NCBI RefSeq assembly: GCF_000315625.1
Contig: NW_005434648.1
Location: forward strand, 348,974-412,973
Source: Guillardia theta CCMP2712
Taxonomy: Eukaryota; Protista; Cryptophyta
Direction of reading: 5' to 3'
DNA length: 64,000 nt
Numbering within the stretch: position 1 is the first letter of the stretch; each line of letters begins with the position of its first letter. Below are positions 35,887 to 48,850 of this stretch, piece by piece. A model generated the notes under the pieces. It was not told where the DNA came from. It saw only the letters and a list, made by a program, of their open reading frames with translations, and did no database searches. The position numbers and the translations under genes were made by a program.

Positions 35887-38823
35887 ATGGATGCCAACGA
35901 AATCAATGAAAACTCCGAAATCGGTCGGCTTGGAGGTGTGAAAGCATTGCTGAAGCAAATCAACAACAAATATTCAGACTCTCACGTACAGCTCCCTGAT
36001 GGAACTGTTCCCAACCCAAAAACAAAACCTCAGATTGCGAAGTCGAAGAAGAAAGGTGCAGAGAACGATGTGAAGAGTTCGGAAAACAATCTTGAAAACA
36101 ATTCGAATGAAGCAGCTGCAGATGGTAACGGTGTCAAAGCCATGTTGAAGGAAATCAATTCCAAGTTCTCAAATTCTTTTGTACAGCTTCCTGATGGAAG
36201 CATTCCGACTAAGCAAGCAGCTGTTTCCAAAGCGTCAACATCAGGTCAAGATGAAGAAGACATTGCAACTGAAATCCCACACATTCAAGTAGATCCTGTG
36301 AGCATCCCTGAGAATTTAGCAGACGAACTGCAGGTCTCTTACTCAAACAGTGAGCCCAGCAAGACCATGCTTGACGATATGAATGTCATGTCCGATTATC
36401 CCACCAACTCAAACTTGTCGTCAGCATCAACGCAGCCCTCGAACGTTGGAGAACCTCCCAAACTTCTTTCAGATTATCCAGAGCACCAACCGCACAGCTT
36501 TCGTGTTCAAATGCAAGTCAGACAAACTCCGGTGATGCCGCCTCATCCACATGTCAACATGGTCCCGCGATCCAACTATCACATGAGCCACGGCAATCCA
36601 TCGATGCCCAACGGTTATGCAGGTCAAAGTGCAGGTGCACAGGTACCCGTGTCTCTTCCGAGAGCACAGGTCCCAACCTCATCCCTGAGGGTGCAAAGTG
36701 CTCATGACGTACCTTTTGACGTTGTGAAACGCAGCAGCACTTCGAATGGCATCTCGCAAGGTTATCCGTCACAACTCCACAAGTCACAAGGACACTCCTC
36801 TCAACAATCTACTCAATCCCAACTGACTATCAATCGAAGTGCATACTCCCGGATTCAGCAGGGTGATCATTCTTCGATAGGTAACAACTCGTGCTTCATC
36901 ATGCAGAGGTTGATCGATCTTTGCTTCAGGAATGTTGGAACCCTATCAGGGACCCAACAATCCGTACCGAAGCGACAATGTGCATTCAGACTACGAGTAT
37001 ATCATGAATGGAACAGAAAACTTGATGAGGGCTCGACCCGATCGACAAGATTCTTCCATTGGCTACGAAACTCCAAGGTGCTCGGTTGCTTTCATTCCAT
37101 TCACTTCCTTTTGACCTTTCCTTCCAGAATGAGAACTGATCCCAGATACGAACAACAATACAACGCCATGCCGAATCCTGCAATGTCGAACCCTGCAATG
37201 TCGAACCCTGCAATGTCGAATCCTGCAATGTCGAATCCTGCAATGTCGAATGCTATAATGCCAACTGCTGCAATGCCGACTTCTGCACTGCCTCCGATGA
37301 AGGTCGCGGCGCCCATGATGAAGGTGGGTTGTTGATGGCATGCTAGTGCATCTGACTTGTTCCTTGCAGGAAGCAATTCGTGAGCCTGCTGTTCCTATCA
37401 CCGAACCTGGAGAGCCAATAGTGTCGAGCCTGCCGTCTACGATAAGGAGCGACAAGATGAGATGTGGCATAGGGGTGAATTTCAAGCGGCTGCAAAGCGG
37501 CTGCTACGAGGTCAGCGTCTTCTGCTCTCGATGCTTCGACGTTGATGTTTCTGTGGTATGCAGGTGATCAGTCTAGTGCCGGGAGGCGCGGGGGAGGAGA
37601 GTGGTTTGGTTTTTGTAGGAGATGTCCTGCGATTCGTCGATGGGGTGGACGTGACAAATTGCACAGCCGAGGACCTGCACGAGACTCTGCTGGGGCTGGA
37701 GGGCACCAACGTGACTCTCTCTTTCGGCAAGCCAGGCGATGAGTACGACGACTCTCTTGTGCATGTTGCGGTGACGCGAAGCGTCGGAGCCTCCAGCAGG
37801 GAGTCAGCAAAGCCCGTAGATTCATCCTCTCCCACTGTTCCGCGTGTTCTCGTGCCCAAAGTGATACAAGCAAGACCGCTGAATGTCTCAGGAAGGTGGA
37901 ATGGACCGCAAGACGACGGCCTCTATGACTCTTCCGGTGGGAATTCGCACAGCTCGTCCAAGTGGGAGAAACCGTTTTCAGAGAGCTCGACTGCAGATGA
38001 AGACAAGCAGGTGGGGGTGGGAATCGTCTTTTTCACCGATGATGTTGGGGGTTTGCGGGTCAAGAAATTGGCGCCCGGCGGTCCAGCAGAAGAAGCAGGA
38101 GGCATCTACCCCGGGGACGTCCTGTTCGAGGTGGACGGGATCGACGTGTACAAGTTGGCGATCAGTGAGGTCCAGGGCCTTGTCATCGGCCCACTCAACA
38201 CTTCGGTAGTGCTCGGGCTGCGGGAGGATCACAACATCGACTACCCGCTCAGAAAGATCAAACTGACCAGACGATGGAGCCCGGGCCACACGTCAGAGAA
38301 TAAAGTCCTGGGCATCCGCAACTGGCGGCAGGAGATCATGGAGCATCTATTGATCAAGATAACAGACACATTGTTTATCGGGACTTACGAGACAGCAAAG
38401 CAGCGGGAGCTGCTGCGGGAGAACGGAATAGATTGCATCCTCAACGTGGCTGCAGAGTGTGAAAACTTCTTTGAGACGGAGTTCAACTACACTAGAATGC
38501 CGTTCGAGGACAGGGAGAACGAGTACATCCGGCGAGGGTTCGACGACGCCTCTGAGATCATCTTCAAGTACAGCGTCCTCGGTTTCACCATCATGATTCA
38601 TTGTACAGCAAACCGAAGCCGGAGCAGCACCGTCTGCATCGCCTACCTGATGAAGAAGAAGGGATACTCCCTCCGTCGGGCCTGGGAGACGCTGAAGAAT
38701 CTGGACATCAACCTGAGCTGGAACCGCAACTTCTTCTTACAGCTCGTGCAGTATGAGCTCGAAATCTATGGGTCTAACAGCCTGGTGGCCGAGGACTTTG
38801 ACCTACTTAGGCTGCAGAGATGA
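35887..38823 (+). CDS. PDZ-PDZ dual-specificity protein phosphatase with long disordered N-terminus
   Basis: PDZ motifs CGIGVNF...SLVPGGAGEESGLVFVGDVLRFVDG and GVGIVF...LAPGGPAEEAGGIYPGDVLFEVDG. DSP motifs LFIG, GIDCILNVA and IHCTANRSRSSTVCIAYLM. A possible extra 5' exon lies near 35230. Confidence 0.85.
37168..37260 (+). repeat. 15-bp coding tandem repeat (NPAMS)n
   Basis: About 5-6 copies of AA(T/C)CCTGCAATGTCG. Confidence 0.9.
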
Positions 38824-38898
38824 AGACAAGGTGGAGCAAGCGTGTTGGTCGTTCACACCTCCATGAATTGTTTACTGCTTGTCACGAGGGAGTAGCTT

Positions 38899-41800
38899 CT
38901 AGTCTTTGAACATTCCTGCAAGACCTTCAAGGCGCTTGGTGAAGTCCGGGTGCTTGCGCTGGCGTACGAGTCACGTTGACGAAAAATTAAAGTCACCTCA
39001 CCTTGAGCATCTGCAGACACATCTTCTTGAACAACAGATCGAGCTGAACCTGTGAAGAGCCCTGGAGCAAGAGTTTCAAAGGGCGAGGTGATTCAAAGTC
39101 AGACTCACGTTTCTTGCAAGGCTCATGAAAGATGTTCCAACTGGCGTCGCTTTTAGCCGCATGCAAATCTGTCGAAACTCGTCAGAACCAGCATCGCCCT
39201 GGTGAAGCTCCTGACCTGATCGTACATGAGCTTCGGATCTTGTACCCCGACCCGCTCTTGCTCATTGGCAAGTACACCTTCAATCATGTCAGTCCTCTCC
39301 ATGGGACGTGATGATGTGTTCTCTTGCCTGAGACCTCCCGGTTGATAACATCTGACATGCACCATTTCTTCATCATCTCTCCCTCCTTGTGTATGAAACA
39401 TCTCCAGTTCTGGAGAGAGTTCTCCACAGACACCCTGACCACGCACAGTCACAGCTGGTTTAATACCTTCCATCCCCTCACTTGATGGAAATCAGCTTGT
39501 CCACGCTATGTGCATCTCGACCCGATCCCTCCTGCATCTGCATACACGTCAACAGTCTACAATCCCAAGGCAGTGAGAGTGACATGTTTGTCGATCCGGC
39601 GCAGAAGTTGATCGATCAAGTTGTAGGGGACATATCTGAATCCCAGAAGTGTCAGCCATGATTCTATATGACGCATGCAAGTGTACCGATTCTTCGAGAT
39701 GTCCATTTCAAGACAATCTTCCAGCGTGGTGACTTCATAATTTGCATATGAGTTTGAAGTTTCTAGACATTCGATGATCTTTGAAAACCAGAAGCTTCAG
39801 CACATCGCACGGAGGTAGACGCGAGATACCAAGTTAGCAGCTTCATCCAATCTGTCGTATCGCAAGAAAAGCCGCAGCAATCCACAAGTGTCGGTCTTGG
39901 GAGTGTCAAAACGGACCTTCTCACGCGAAGGCCCTGGAGGGAACAGTCAAACTCTTGAATGGCTCTGATGTCAAATACGGTCGTTCGATCTTCCAACTTT
40001 CATTCCCATCTTCAACCATGGAGGAAGGGAAAACTCAACTCCAGACTTCCGCAATAACGCTTCTCCTGCCACCCGGTGCAAGAAGCCATGAGCATGCGTA
40101 TCCAATGAAGTTCTCTTGGTCTGCACTGCAAGTTCAGGAAGGCAAAGAAGACAAAGCAAGAAAACCTCTCCTTTCCAACTTTCGGTCGTGTCAAACGTCT
40201 CCAAGAAGCATCTCAATGTGTCCCATGGGCTCTTACTCTGTCCTTCTTCATCCCTGTAGCTAGAATGGGGAGATTGTTAAGTGGCGGTCAAAAATCTTCA
40301 CGTGCAGCCCACCTGCTAGTTTGTGAAGGTAGACAGCTCTCAGCCAACTTCTGGCAGAGCTCCATGTTATCCAGTTCAAAGTGTTCCGACAGTGTGATGG
40401 CATCTTCCAAAAGCCCGTTTTCAATCAGCTCCATTGCCGATTCCTTCGCCATGCTCTGAGATAGGAAGTCACAAACTCTTCACCAAGAGGAACAAAGCAG
40501 ATCTAACATTCTGCCGGGAGGGGAAGATGTGAACGATCCTCTGAGATCGTTCTTTCTTGAGATCAGCCAACTTGATTCTGCCACAGACCAAGAATCATTC
40601 GAAACGAAATGCCTTTCAACCGCAAGGACAAACCTGCATCTTAGCAGAACGTAGAATTTCTTAAGAACCTCAAGGCTGATACAACCGGAGGGAAATCTCC
40701 AGTTGTCGTCGATAATTTCTTCATCTTGTTTGCCTTCACCCTGTCTCTGCGACTCTGATGCCTCTCCATCGTTGACCTGATTCACCTCCCACCCTTGGTT
40801 TGTGCCGTTGGGGAACCTTGTGATCTTTGTGACTTCCCACTCATGCTTCTCGCCCAGAGGAAACATCGCTCTCTTCTTGTTCCACTGGCTCGGGGGAATC
40901 CAGTAGGCGAACTTCTCGTCGATCAGGTTGTAGGCATTGATTGCTGCAAGGCAGGTGTTCTGCTGCTTCTTGAGATCCTCCACTGTTGTGAAATTCCCAT
41001 GTCGCGCATTCGCCTCGATGGAGTTATACAAGTAGATCAACATGGTTTCACCAGCTGCTCGATAATCACTTCTCGCAATGTTGTACGAGTATCTAGCGAA
41101 GTACAGTGCATCCACGTCTGCTTGACTTCCTTGTTGTCTCAACAGTGTGTCTACTGTGTTACCACAACCTACCCAGGGGTATGAACACAACTTATCCATC
41201 CGCTTTCGAACCATGAAGAGCTCTGAGTTGGGCCCTGTGATGAAAGTGTGGAGGCAGCGATATCCGGTCTGCTGCCTTCGGTCTTCGGCGCGAGATAGAA
41301 TGACTTCGTGCAGGTTCAAATCGATTGCTTGCATCTTGAACCATGTAGAAAGGTCAGAGATCTCGTCTTGCTGAAGATTGGAATCTATCTCTTCAAGCCT
41401 AGATATGTCACGATCCTGGCAGTCCACCAGTCGGTCCGAAATCAAGCGGTATGCTTCATCCATCTTTTCATTGGCAAGGAAGATGTCCAACAGCATGAGG
41501 CGACGACGGTCAAACGTGCATTGGAGGAGATACAAGAAAGCGACGAGGACAACATAATTTTCTCGGCTCAAGTCTGGGTGCTGTAGGTATTCTAGAACGA
41601 TGTCTTCTATCCTCTTGACGTGCTCCATGCTGTATCCAATCAGCCGACAGATGTAATCTGAGATGCTGTTGAAGGGATCTGAAGCATCAGAGTGTCTTGC
41701 GTGTGATGCTGAAGTTGTATGTCTGATCTTTTGCGATGTGTCGATTAAGAATTCAAAAATGCCAAAGTTCTTGTCATGGAAACAGAAGAACATTTCGAGA

Positions 41801-44800
41801 AGATCCTTGATCTGCAGGATCACATCACAAATATGCTAATGAAGACTTTGAGCAAAATCTTACCTCTTTCATTGACTCTGAAGTGACAAAACCAGAGAGA
41901 GTTCCCCTCAGATCATTGAGTTCCATTGTCATCGAGTCCTGCAGGATCAAATCCGAATTCGATTCCCAAAACAAGTTCAACGGGTGCCTGCGAAAGTTTT
42001 TCCATTCTGCAAGGCAATCATGTGACACAGACTGTATACAGCTGATTGACTGATTCCATTCTTTGGCGTATAAACAACAAATTGATTGTACAAATTTGGT
42101 TGAGCAGTTGTTCCGGGATCGAAAGTTCAAAATATTCGGCATTTTACAAAAAGCCTTGATGTCATCCCAGGTACTTTCTCGTCCTGTCATAACCTCTCTG
42201 CAAACAAGATATCAGTACTCAACACATGTCATGGCACAGGCGGGTACCCGTCGAAGGAGGATGAGAAGACGGTCCGATACATGCTCTGTAGTAGAACGTT
42301 GCTTGAAGGCGAAGCAACGTACGCCAACAACGACAAATCTCCATCAATCTTTTCGCAAGAATCGCTCAAAAATTGACTATAATTGATGCTGAAATGCAAG
42401 AAGCTCTTGAAAATCGGAGATCCTCCTACAAAGATTTAAAACATTGACTAAGAAGCCAATCGGAATACCTGAGAACCATTTACGCGAAGAACACCATCGC
42501 AAGATGTGGTACTCCACGAGGAGAGGCAAGACCTTTTCATGCAGCAGATTTGAAATATCGGCTGATTCATGACACCCCGTGGCTTTGCAGTGGTAGTCGA
42601 GCATTGCAAACAAAAGAGCAATCGACCTCAAAACTTCGTGGTTGGTTGTCACAATCTGCAAGGCAATTCAAATCTAAGTATGGTCATCACATTGACTACC
42701 TGTTCAACTGATTGCTCAAGTACAGATTGCATCCATCGTGAAAAAATACCATCAGTGCTGTCGGACGGTGGACTTTTCTCTCGTGCGAAGGATTTGAGAA
42801 GTTCCAATTGATTCTCAAACGAAATGCTCAACTTGGATGGATGCGAAGCATCGCTGCCTAACTTCAAAATTTCTGGGAAGTGACCCAAAATTTCAGCAGG
42901 ATCACACCAGCTGATGCTTGGACCAGAGCTTGAGAGCAAAAGATGCAAACAATCCTGGAGAGCCACGTCGGCCTTCTTGTGCAACATCTGGTTGGTAAAT
43001 ATTGCTCCTCCAGGATCCGATTCCTCCGCCCAGATGAGCATTTTGTAACCCAGCCAGAGGCACCCACTGTCGGAGTCAGCAACATTGCTTAGAAGGTTAT
43101 CTTCAATCCCTGACATCTCGTATTCATCACGGTCACCAACTGTGGAAGACAAGGCCTCTTCTGCTTCTGCAACAACACGAGAGAAGTCATGCTCAGAGCC
43201 GTCGGCGATTCGGATCAAAGAAATTGTATCCTTCCTGATGAGCACAGTGTTCGAAAAGAAACCAGGAACATGAAGGTATCTTGCATTGATGACTCCAAAT
43301 CCTGCACATGGTTGACACTCAACCTTCCATGTCTGAACGCAGTTTTCCAGGTATGTCTGCCAGACATCCTCTAACTCAAATCCAGAACCTTGGGCTATTA
43401 TTGCTGTTTCTTCTAAGGATTTCTTCACAAAAACATGGATGCTACTTTCCGAATCCAGGGGTTTCGGCCATGCTAAAGAAGGCTGTGAGATAGAATTAAA
43501 TTTCTCGTTCGTATGGCGCAAGGCAAGGAGAAGAACATTGCCGGAAAACCTCTGAGGATGGAGAACAATGTCTTCGATCATTTTAGCAGGGTTCTGGATT
43601 TGTTTTTTGAGAGAATGATTTAGTGTATTGCCAGATTGCCATTTAGAAATGTACATATTTGCTAGGGCCGATTGTGATTGAATCTCTAGGGATTGTGTGT
43701 AAACCTTTTCAGTCAACCACTTGTTTCCATCGAAAAACGTCGCACACGTCACAGTCGCATCTTGTCCACTCCATGCCGTGAACAGCACTTCCTGATCCTG
43801 TACCCTGCCAACAGAGATGCTCTCCAAATTACATCGACTGCTTTCTTGAAAGAAATCGATGTTCTTTTTGACGAAATTGAGAGTTTCTTCCATTCTGCTC
43901 CTTTCCGGTTTGAAGTCAATCACTCTGTCTAAGTTACAGCAAAGTAGGTCGCATCGCTGTTCAGAGTCTTCAGATCGCAAAGCGAAAACAACCTTCTCTT
44001 TTTCACACAGCACCACAAAGTCAAACGCTTGGAGCGAAATCTTTTGTCCTTCTTCGTCCATTTCTAATTTGACGACCTTCTCACCGTCTAGCTTCCCGGA
44101 CGAAGAATGCCATCGTTTCAATTTCCCGTCCTCCGACAGGGTCAGGAGGATCTCACTCTGACCCACTGCTCGTACACAACAAATGCGCGAGGCGAGCCCG
44201 CTCGATTTTGAAGGGCTTCGGAAGAGACTGAATCCAGACGAGTTTTGCTTCAACTCGTGCTTGACCCTCACATTCCCGCTATCAGTCACTACAAGATTCA
44301 AAGTCAACCCTGCATTCGTTCCCAGATAGATTTCCAAGTCATTGCAAACTAATCTGGCATCACAGCATAGAACTTGTTGGCCCTCTTTGGATTCAAACGT
44401 CTTTGCCGATAGAGGATTTGAGGTCTTGTTGATGAGTCTGCTTACCGCAGCCTCTGTTGAGCCTTCCAACGTAATGCAGTTCTTCAGCCAAGCGATTCTT
44501 ACTCCAGTCAAAGTGACAACGGCGATGACAAGATCGTAAACGTCTGGCTCAAAAAACACTTCACAGAAATGATGGGCTCAGGGAAATAAATCCTCAGCAT
44601 CGCATTCTGCAGTTCCACTTCGGTAGACAACTCCACTAACTGCAGGCATTGTCTACCCTCGCAGGAAGAAACCCTCCTACACCAAGGATTAGCCTCGTTC
44701 GCTACAATCGATCATGAAGATTACCAAGAAAGGATTCTTTCAGGTCCTAAGCTTATGGCGGACCCAAACAGTTCGTCGCTCTGAATCTTCTGTCCTCTCG

Positions 44801-44870
44801 ATAAGTCGACGTCGGCCCATGCCCCTGACAAGGGCACAGGAACTTCTCGCAATATGGGTAGGGAGCTCAT
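38899..44870 (-). CDS. NUP160: Nucleoporin Nup160/Nup120 (multi-exon)
   Basis: N-terminal beta-propeller (ERILSW, LLTLSEDGKLKRW), then a helical region with DYRAAGETM, CLAAINAYNLIDEKFAYWI and YVPYNLIDQLL, all typical of Nup160. The last ~600 bp could belong to a separate small gene. Confidence 0.78.
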
Positions 44871-46013
44871 GGTTGCAAATGGCTTCAGAGCTTGCAATGC
44901 GAACCTCTATAGTAAAGATGCTAAAAATGGCCGTTCAGCATCTGCAACACGCAAAAGTCAGCGAGTAGATGGAAATCTTTTGGTTTTCCACTATCTGAAC
45001 ATTCCTCCGGAGAAGGATCTTGTTGGATGAGATTGAGATATACCAACAAAGAATGAAAGGAAAACAAATACATTCAAACCAAGACAAAGATGTACAAGAT
45101 GCCGTGAAGACCCTATCATTCGCATCACTCTCTGAGCGAACTATCAAAAAACAACGAAGCGGATTCATGTTCATTCCAGCAAGGCGGGAAGATCACAGGG
45201 GGAAACAAAGATCAAGTTACGAGACTGAACAGTGAGGGTGCTGATGGTATTGGAGATGTTGAGGGATCAAGGCAGCAGAGGCCTGGAGGGCAGGACCGAT
45301 CTGTCCTCGCATTGCAAGTTCCATGGCGGAGGAGGATTGTTGGACATGGGCGGGAAAGACGCAGTTAAAGGGGGTTGGAGCGAGGGGGTGGGGTCGACTG
45401 TATAAGATGGAGCATGGGGTGTGGACCCCCAAGGGTGGGTGGACATAATATGACTAAGGGGTGGGTATACTATGAATAATTGAGGTTTCAAGGGAGGTGG
45501 GGTGTTTGATACCACCGGTGGTGGAAAACTATGGATTTCCTTTCTGAGAAAGGGGGTTGGTGATGTAGGTAGGGTGGGTGATCTATAATCACTTTGCAAG
45601 GGGTAGACAATATAAGTGGGTAGGTAGGGTGGTAGATCCTTATAATATCTTCAGTCAACTTGCACGCATGCGAGGTGGTTAGAGCGGGGATGAGGGTTAA
45701 TTTTCATTTTGTGGAGGGGTCTCCAGAAGCACCAGCGTTTCAAAAGACCCTGAATATATTTATCTTATTACTGATGTAAAACTTATGTATCTAAAATTTG
45801 ATAAAGAAATTTTTGTTAAGTAAACTTTGTGTAAAAGAGAGGTTCAGTGACAAACCCAAAGCTACCCCGCTGTGGAAAAGGAAGTGTTTTTCCCTCCTCC
45901 TCCTGAAGGGAAGGGATCGTTGACACTAGTCGGTTCGTCCTCCTCTCCCTTCCCCATCTCTCACCGTCTTCCTCTCAGCCTTGCTTCGTCTGCCTCTTCC
46001 TGACGAACAGGCG

Positions 46014-46875
46014 ATGGGAAACACGGACTCGAAGGACACCCCGCAGCAACCAGGAGCTGCAGCCTCAAAGCCGCAGGCATGGAACGCTGCGGATAAGAAC
46101 ATTCGGCTAGAGCTTGACATCCAGAAGGAGAAGATGGGCAAACTAATTGGGACAGGGGGCAAGACTATTCAGCTTATCCAACAAAAGGTCAGTACCATTC
46201 AGATGAAGACGCCATCGAAAGAGGATACAGGGAATGACGAATTCAAGTTCGTCCCTGTTCAATTGCAGGGGAGGGCACAAGACGTCTTCAAGGCTGCCCA
46301 GATGGTGGATGAGGTTGCAACGGCATGTCTTGCAGTGCTTTCTGCGACTGTTTCACCACAACAAGTCAGCCTCCTGCAGCGAGAGAGCATCCTGAATATG
46401 CAGAAAGAAATCCCTATTGACACTCTTCGATTACCGAAGAAGACTGACAAGCCTCCGAGAGTAGTCATCGAGGGATATTTGGAAGACGTGAAGGATGCAT
46501 ATCATTTCATTATCAAAGAAGTAGAAATCGCTGCCAAGGAAGTACAAGAAGAGAGGGAGAACATGAAGCTGATGCAAATCAGAAATCATCGTATGGGATC
46601 TGAAGATTCAAATGAAAGCGGGCAAGATGGGAAGAAGAAGGCGGGAAGGGACAACAGTAAGATGCAACCAAAGCGAGCTGCTTACCGACAAGAGGATGAC
46701 CAAAAGGCATCTTTGAGAGACAGAGGTGAGCTCAATTCTGACCTTTTTATGCATTGCAAAGGCACGGTAGCTGATTGACATTGCAGACAACCAGCCCAAC
46801 AATGATGATGATTCCAGTGCCCCCGAGCAGAGCATCCAAGATGCAGCGTTGTCATCACTGGATCATGAGCAATGA
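46014..46875 (+). CDS. KH-domain RNA-binding protein with N-myristoylation motif
   Basis: Start MGNTDS. KH motif LDIQKEKMGKLIGTGGKTIQLIQ, then a second degenerate KH-like unit (...RVVIEGYLEDVKDAYHFI). One intron at ~46726-46786. Confidence 0.8.
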
Positions 46876-47287
46876 AAGATCTCTCACAACGAAATATTCG
46901 AATTTAGAGGAAAGGAATCGAAGCAGTCGCGCGGCCTTTCGCTTCCTTCGCTTATTTTTTCCTTGAAAATCTGGAAATCTTTTGGACATTGAATCTCAAG
47001 CACAGAAACTTAAAACTCTGCTTGAGTTGTCTGGTTTGTTGTCACAACACCATTCATGCAGGATATGGAACGTCAGTGCAACCCAGGAACCGATGTCTGC
47101 GACGCCAGCAGCTTGATGACGTGATATCGGGGTAACAAGCTTTCGTTCTCAGGGCCAAGTATTACTCAATCTTACGAGCATTGTTTTGGAGTTTTTATGT
47201 TTGCAGGATTGCATGGACAGTCTAAGAGATACTTCTACTACAAAAGTGTAGATTTCAAAGAAAGAATACAGTAGTATGCAATCATTG

Positions 47288-48458
47288 TCATTTCTTCAAT
47301 TGAGACAAAGTTGGAATGTTGGAGCGAAATGTCTCCAAGGCGTATCGCGCCAAAAGATATCTGAGTCTCATCTGAATGTTCTCATTCTCCAACTTCAGTA
47401 TCTTCACCTTTCACTCAAGTCAACATGTTCAAAAAAGTACACCGACCCCATACCTGCATCTCATACTCGTCTCCTCCCTTAGAATCCCTTTCTGCGACGC
47501 TACTCCTCTCTCTTTCCTCGGATCCAGATTCAGTCAGCCTTTGATTGATTTTCTCGAGGAAAGCATCCAGGTCGTTTCCTTCTGCATCCTTCATGGGCTG
47601 CAATGCACCCCAAGCATGGTGAGTGATTCATATTGGAAGAGCAAATTGAACCTGATTGAGGAGCTCAAGCTCAAACATTCTGTTGCTCATGTTCACGAGC
47701 TCTTCGGGCGACACGTTTGTTCGAGCGTTCAAGCTATCTAGATAATTCATCTTAACAGCAATCACCTCTTTATGGTAGGCATCTCTTATCTTGGTAAGGC
47801 TCTGATTTCGTTGGGACACGCTTTCCTTGAGCTTTCGTATATGTTGCTCATCGTAAGAGGCTTGCAGCTTGAGGTCAGTCAGCTCTTTCTCCATCTCTTT
47901 GATCCGTTTCTCTTGCTGCGATATCGTCTCCTGGGACTTTGTGTGGGAATTGAGGAGGATTTGATTCGACTGGTAGATGGAGTCGATCTCAAGAAGAAGA
48001 TTTTCACAGAAAGGTCTGACCAAATCGTCAACTACCTCATCGACCTGTGCTCAACTTCTCAGTGGAAACTTATCAGACGTAAATATCACCTTGTCGACTG
48101 GTTCGGCGTTGACGCTGCGGTCGAGCAACGAAGAGAACGAGGAATTGACAAACTCATTCTCGGCCTTCCTGTCTAACTCCTGCATCCTTTGCAAGTTTTG
48201 AAGGCGAACCTTCTCCAGGGTTGTGAGAGGACGGGCCTGACTCTCCGCTATCATCGCCAGCTCTCTTGTCCTCTTCTCGTCTATCTCCCTCTGCGCAGCC
48301 GCGACCTCTTTCTTGGCCTGTGCATACTCTTTTTCTCGGGTTGAATCTATTGCGGCCTTTACCTTGTTCTGAAACTCCTTGCACAGCAGATGTATTTGGC
48401 CGAGAATCCTATTCCCGGCATTGAAATCCAGTTGAGAATTCATGTCGTCATGCTGCAT
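47288..48458 (-). CDS. Coiled-coil protein of unknown function (multi-exon; true start likely further upstream, ~48700)
   Basis: A chain of charged heptad-rich ORFs (48051-48458, 47628-48023, 47415-47603) linked by short introns. Confidence 0.6.
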
Positions 48459-48469
48459 GATCTCTTTCT

Positions 48470-48578
48470 CCCCTCTCTCCTCTCTCCTCTCTCCTCTCTC
48501 CTCTCTCCTCTCTCCTCTCTCCTCTCTCCTCTCTCCTCTCTCCTCTCTCCTCTCTCCTCTCTCCTCTCTCCTCTCTCT
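48470..48578. repeat. (CTCTCCT)n 7-bp microsatellite, probably intronic
   Basis: About 15 consecutive copies. Confidence 0.95.
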
Positions 48579-48850
48579 CTTCCCTACAATCAGCAGGTTC
48601 CTACTGGCAGGATGCCATCAGTCAGGATGTTCCGACAGTTGAGGCTCCCGGGCGAGGCCGGGCCTCGCGAAGAATTTGTCCTACGTTTTTTTCTAGTTTT
48701 CCCTGAATATTCAAACCTCTGTTTTTAATGCTGATGAAGCAATGATTGTGGTGAGTTGGAAACGAGGTGGTGGTGGAGGAGGAGGAGGAGGGGGGGGGGG
48801 GGGTCAAGACCAAGACGAGGAGGACATGGAGGAGGAGAGCAAGAAAAGAC

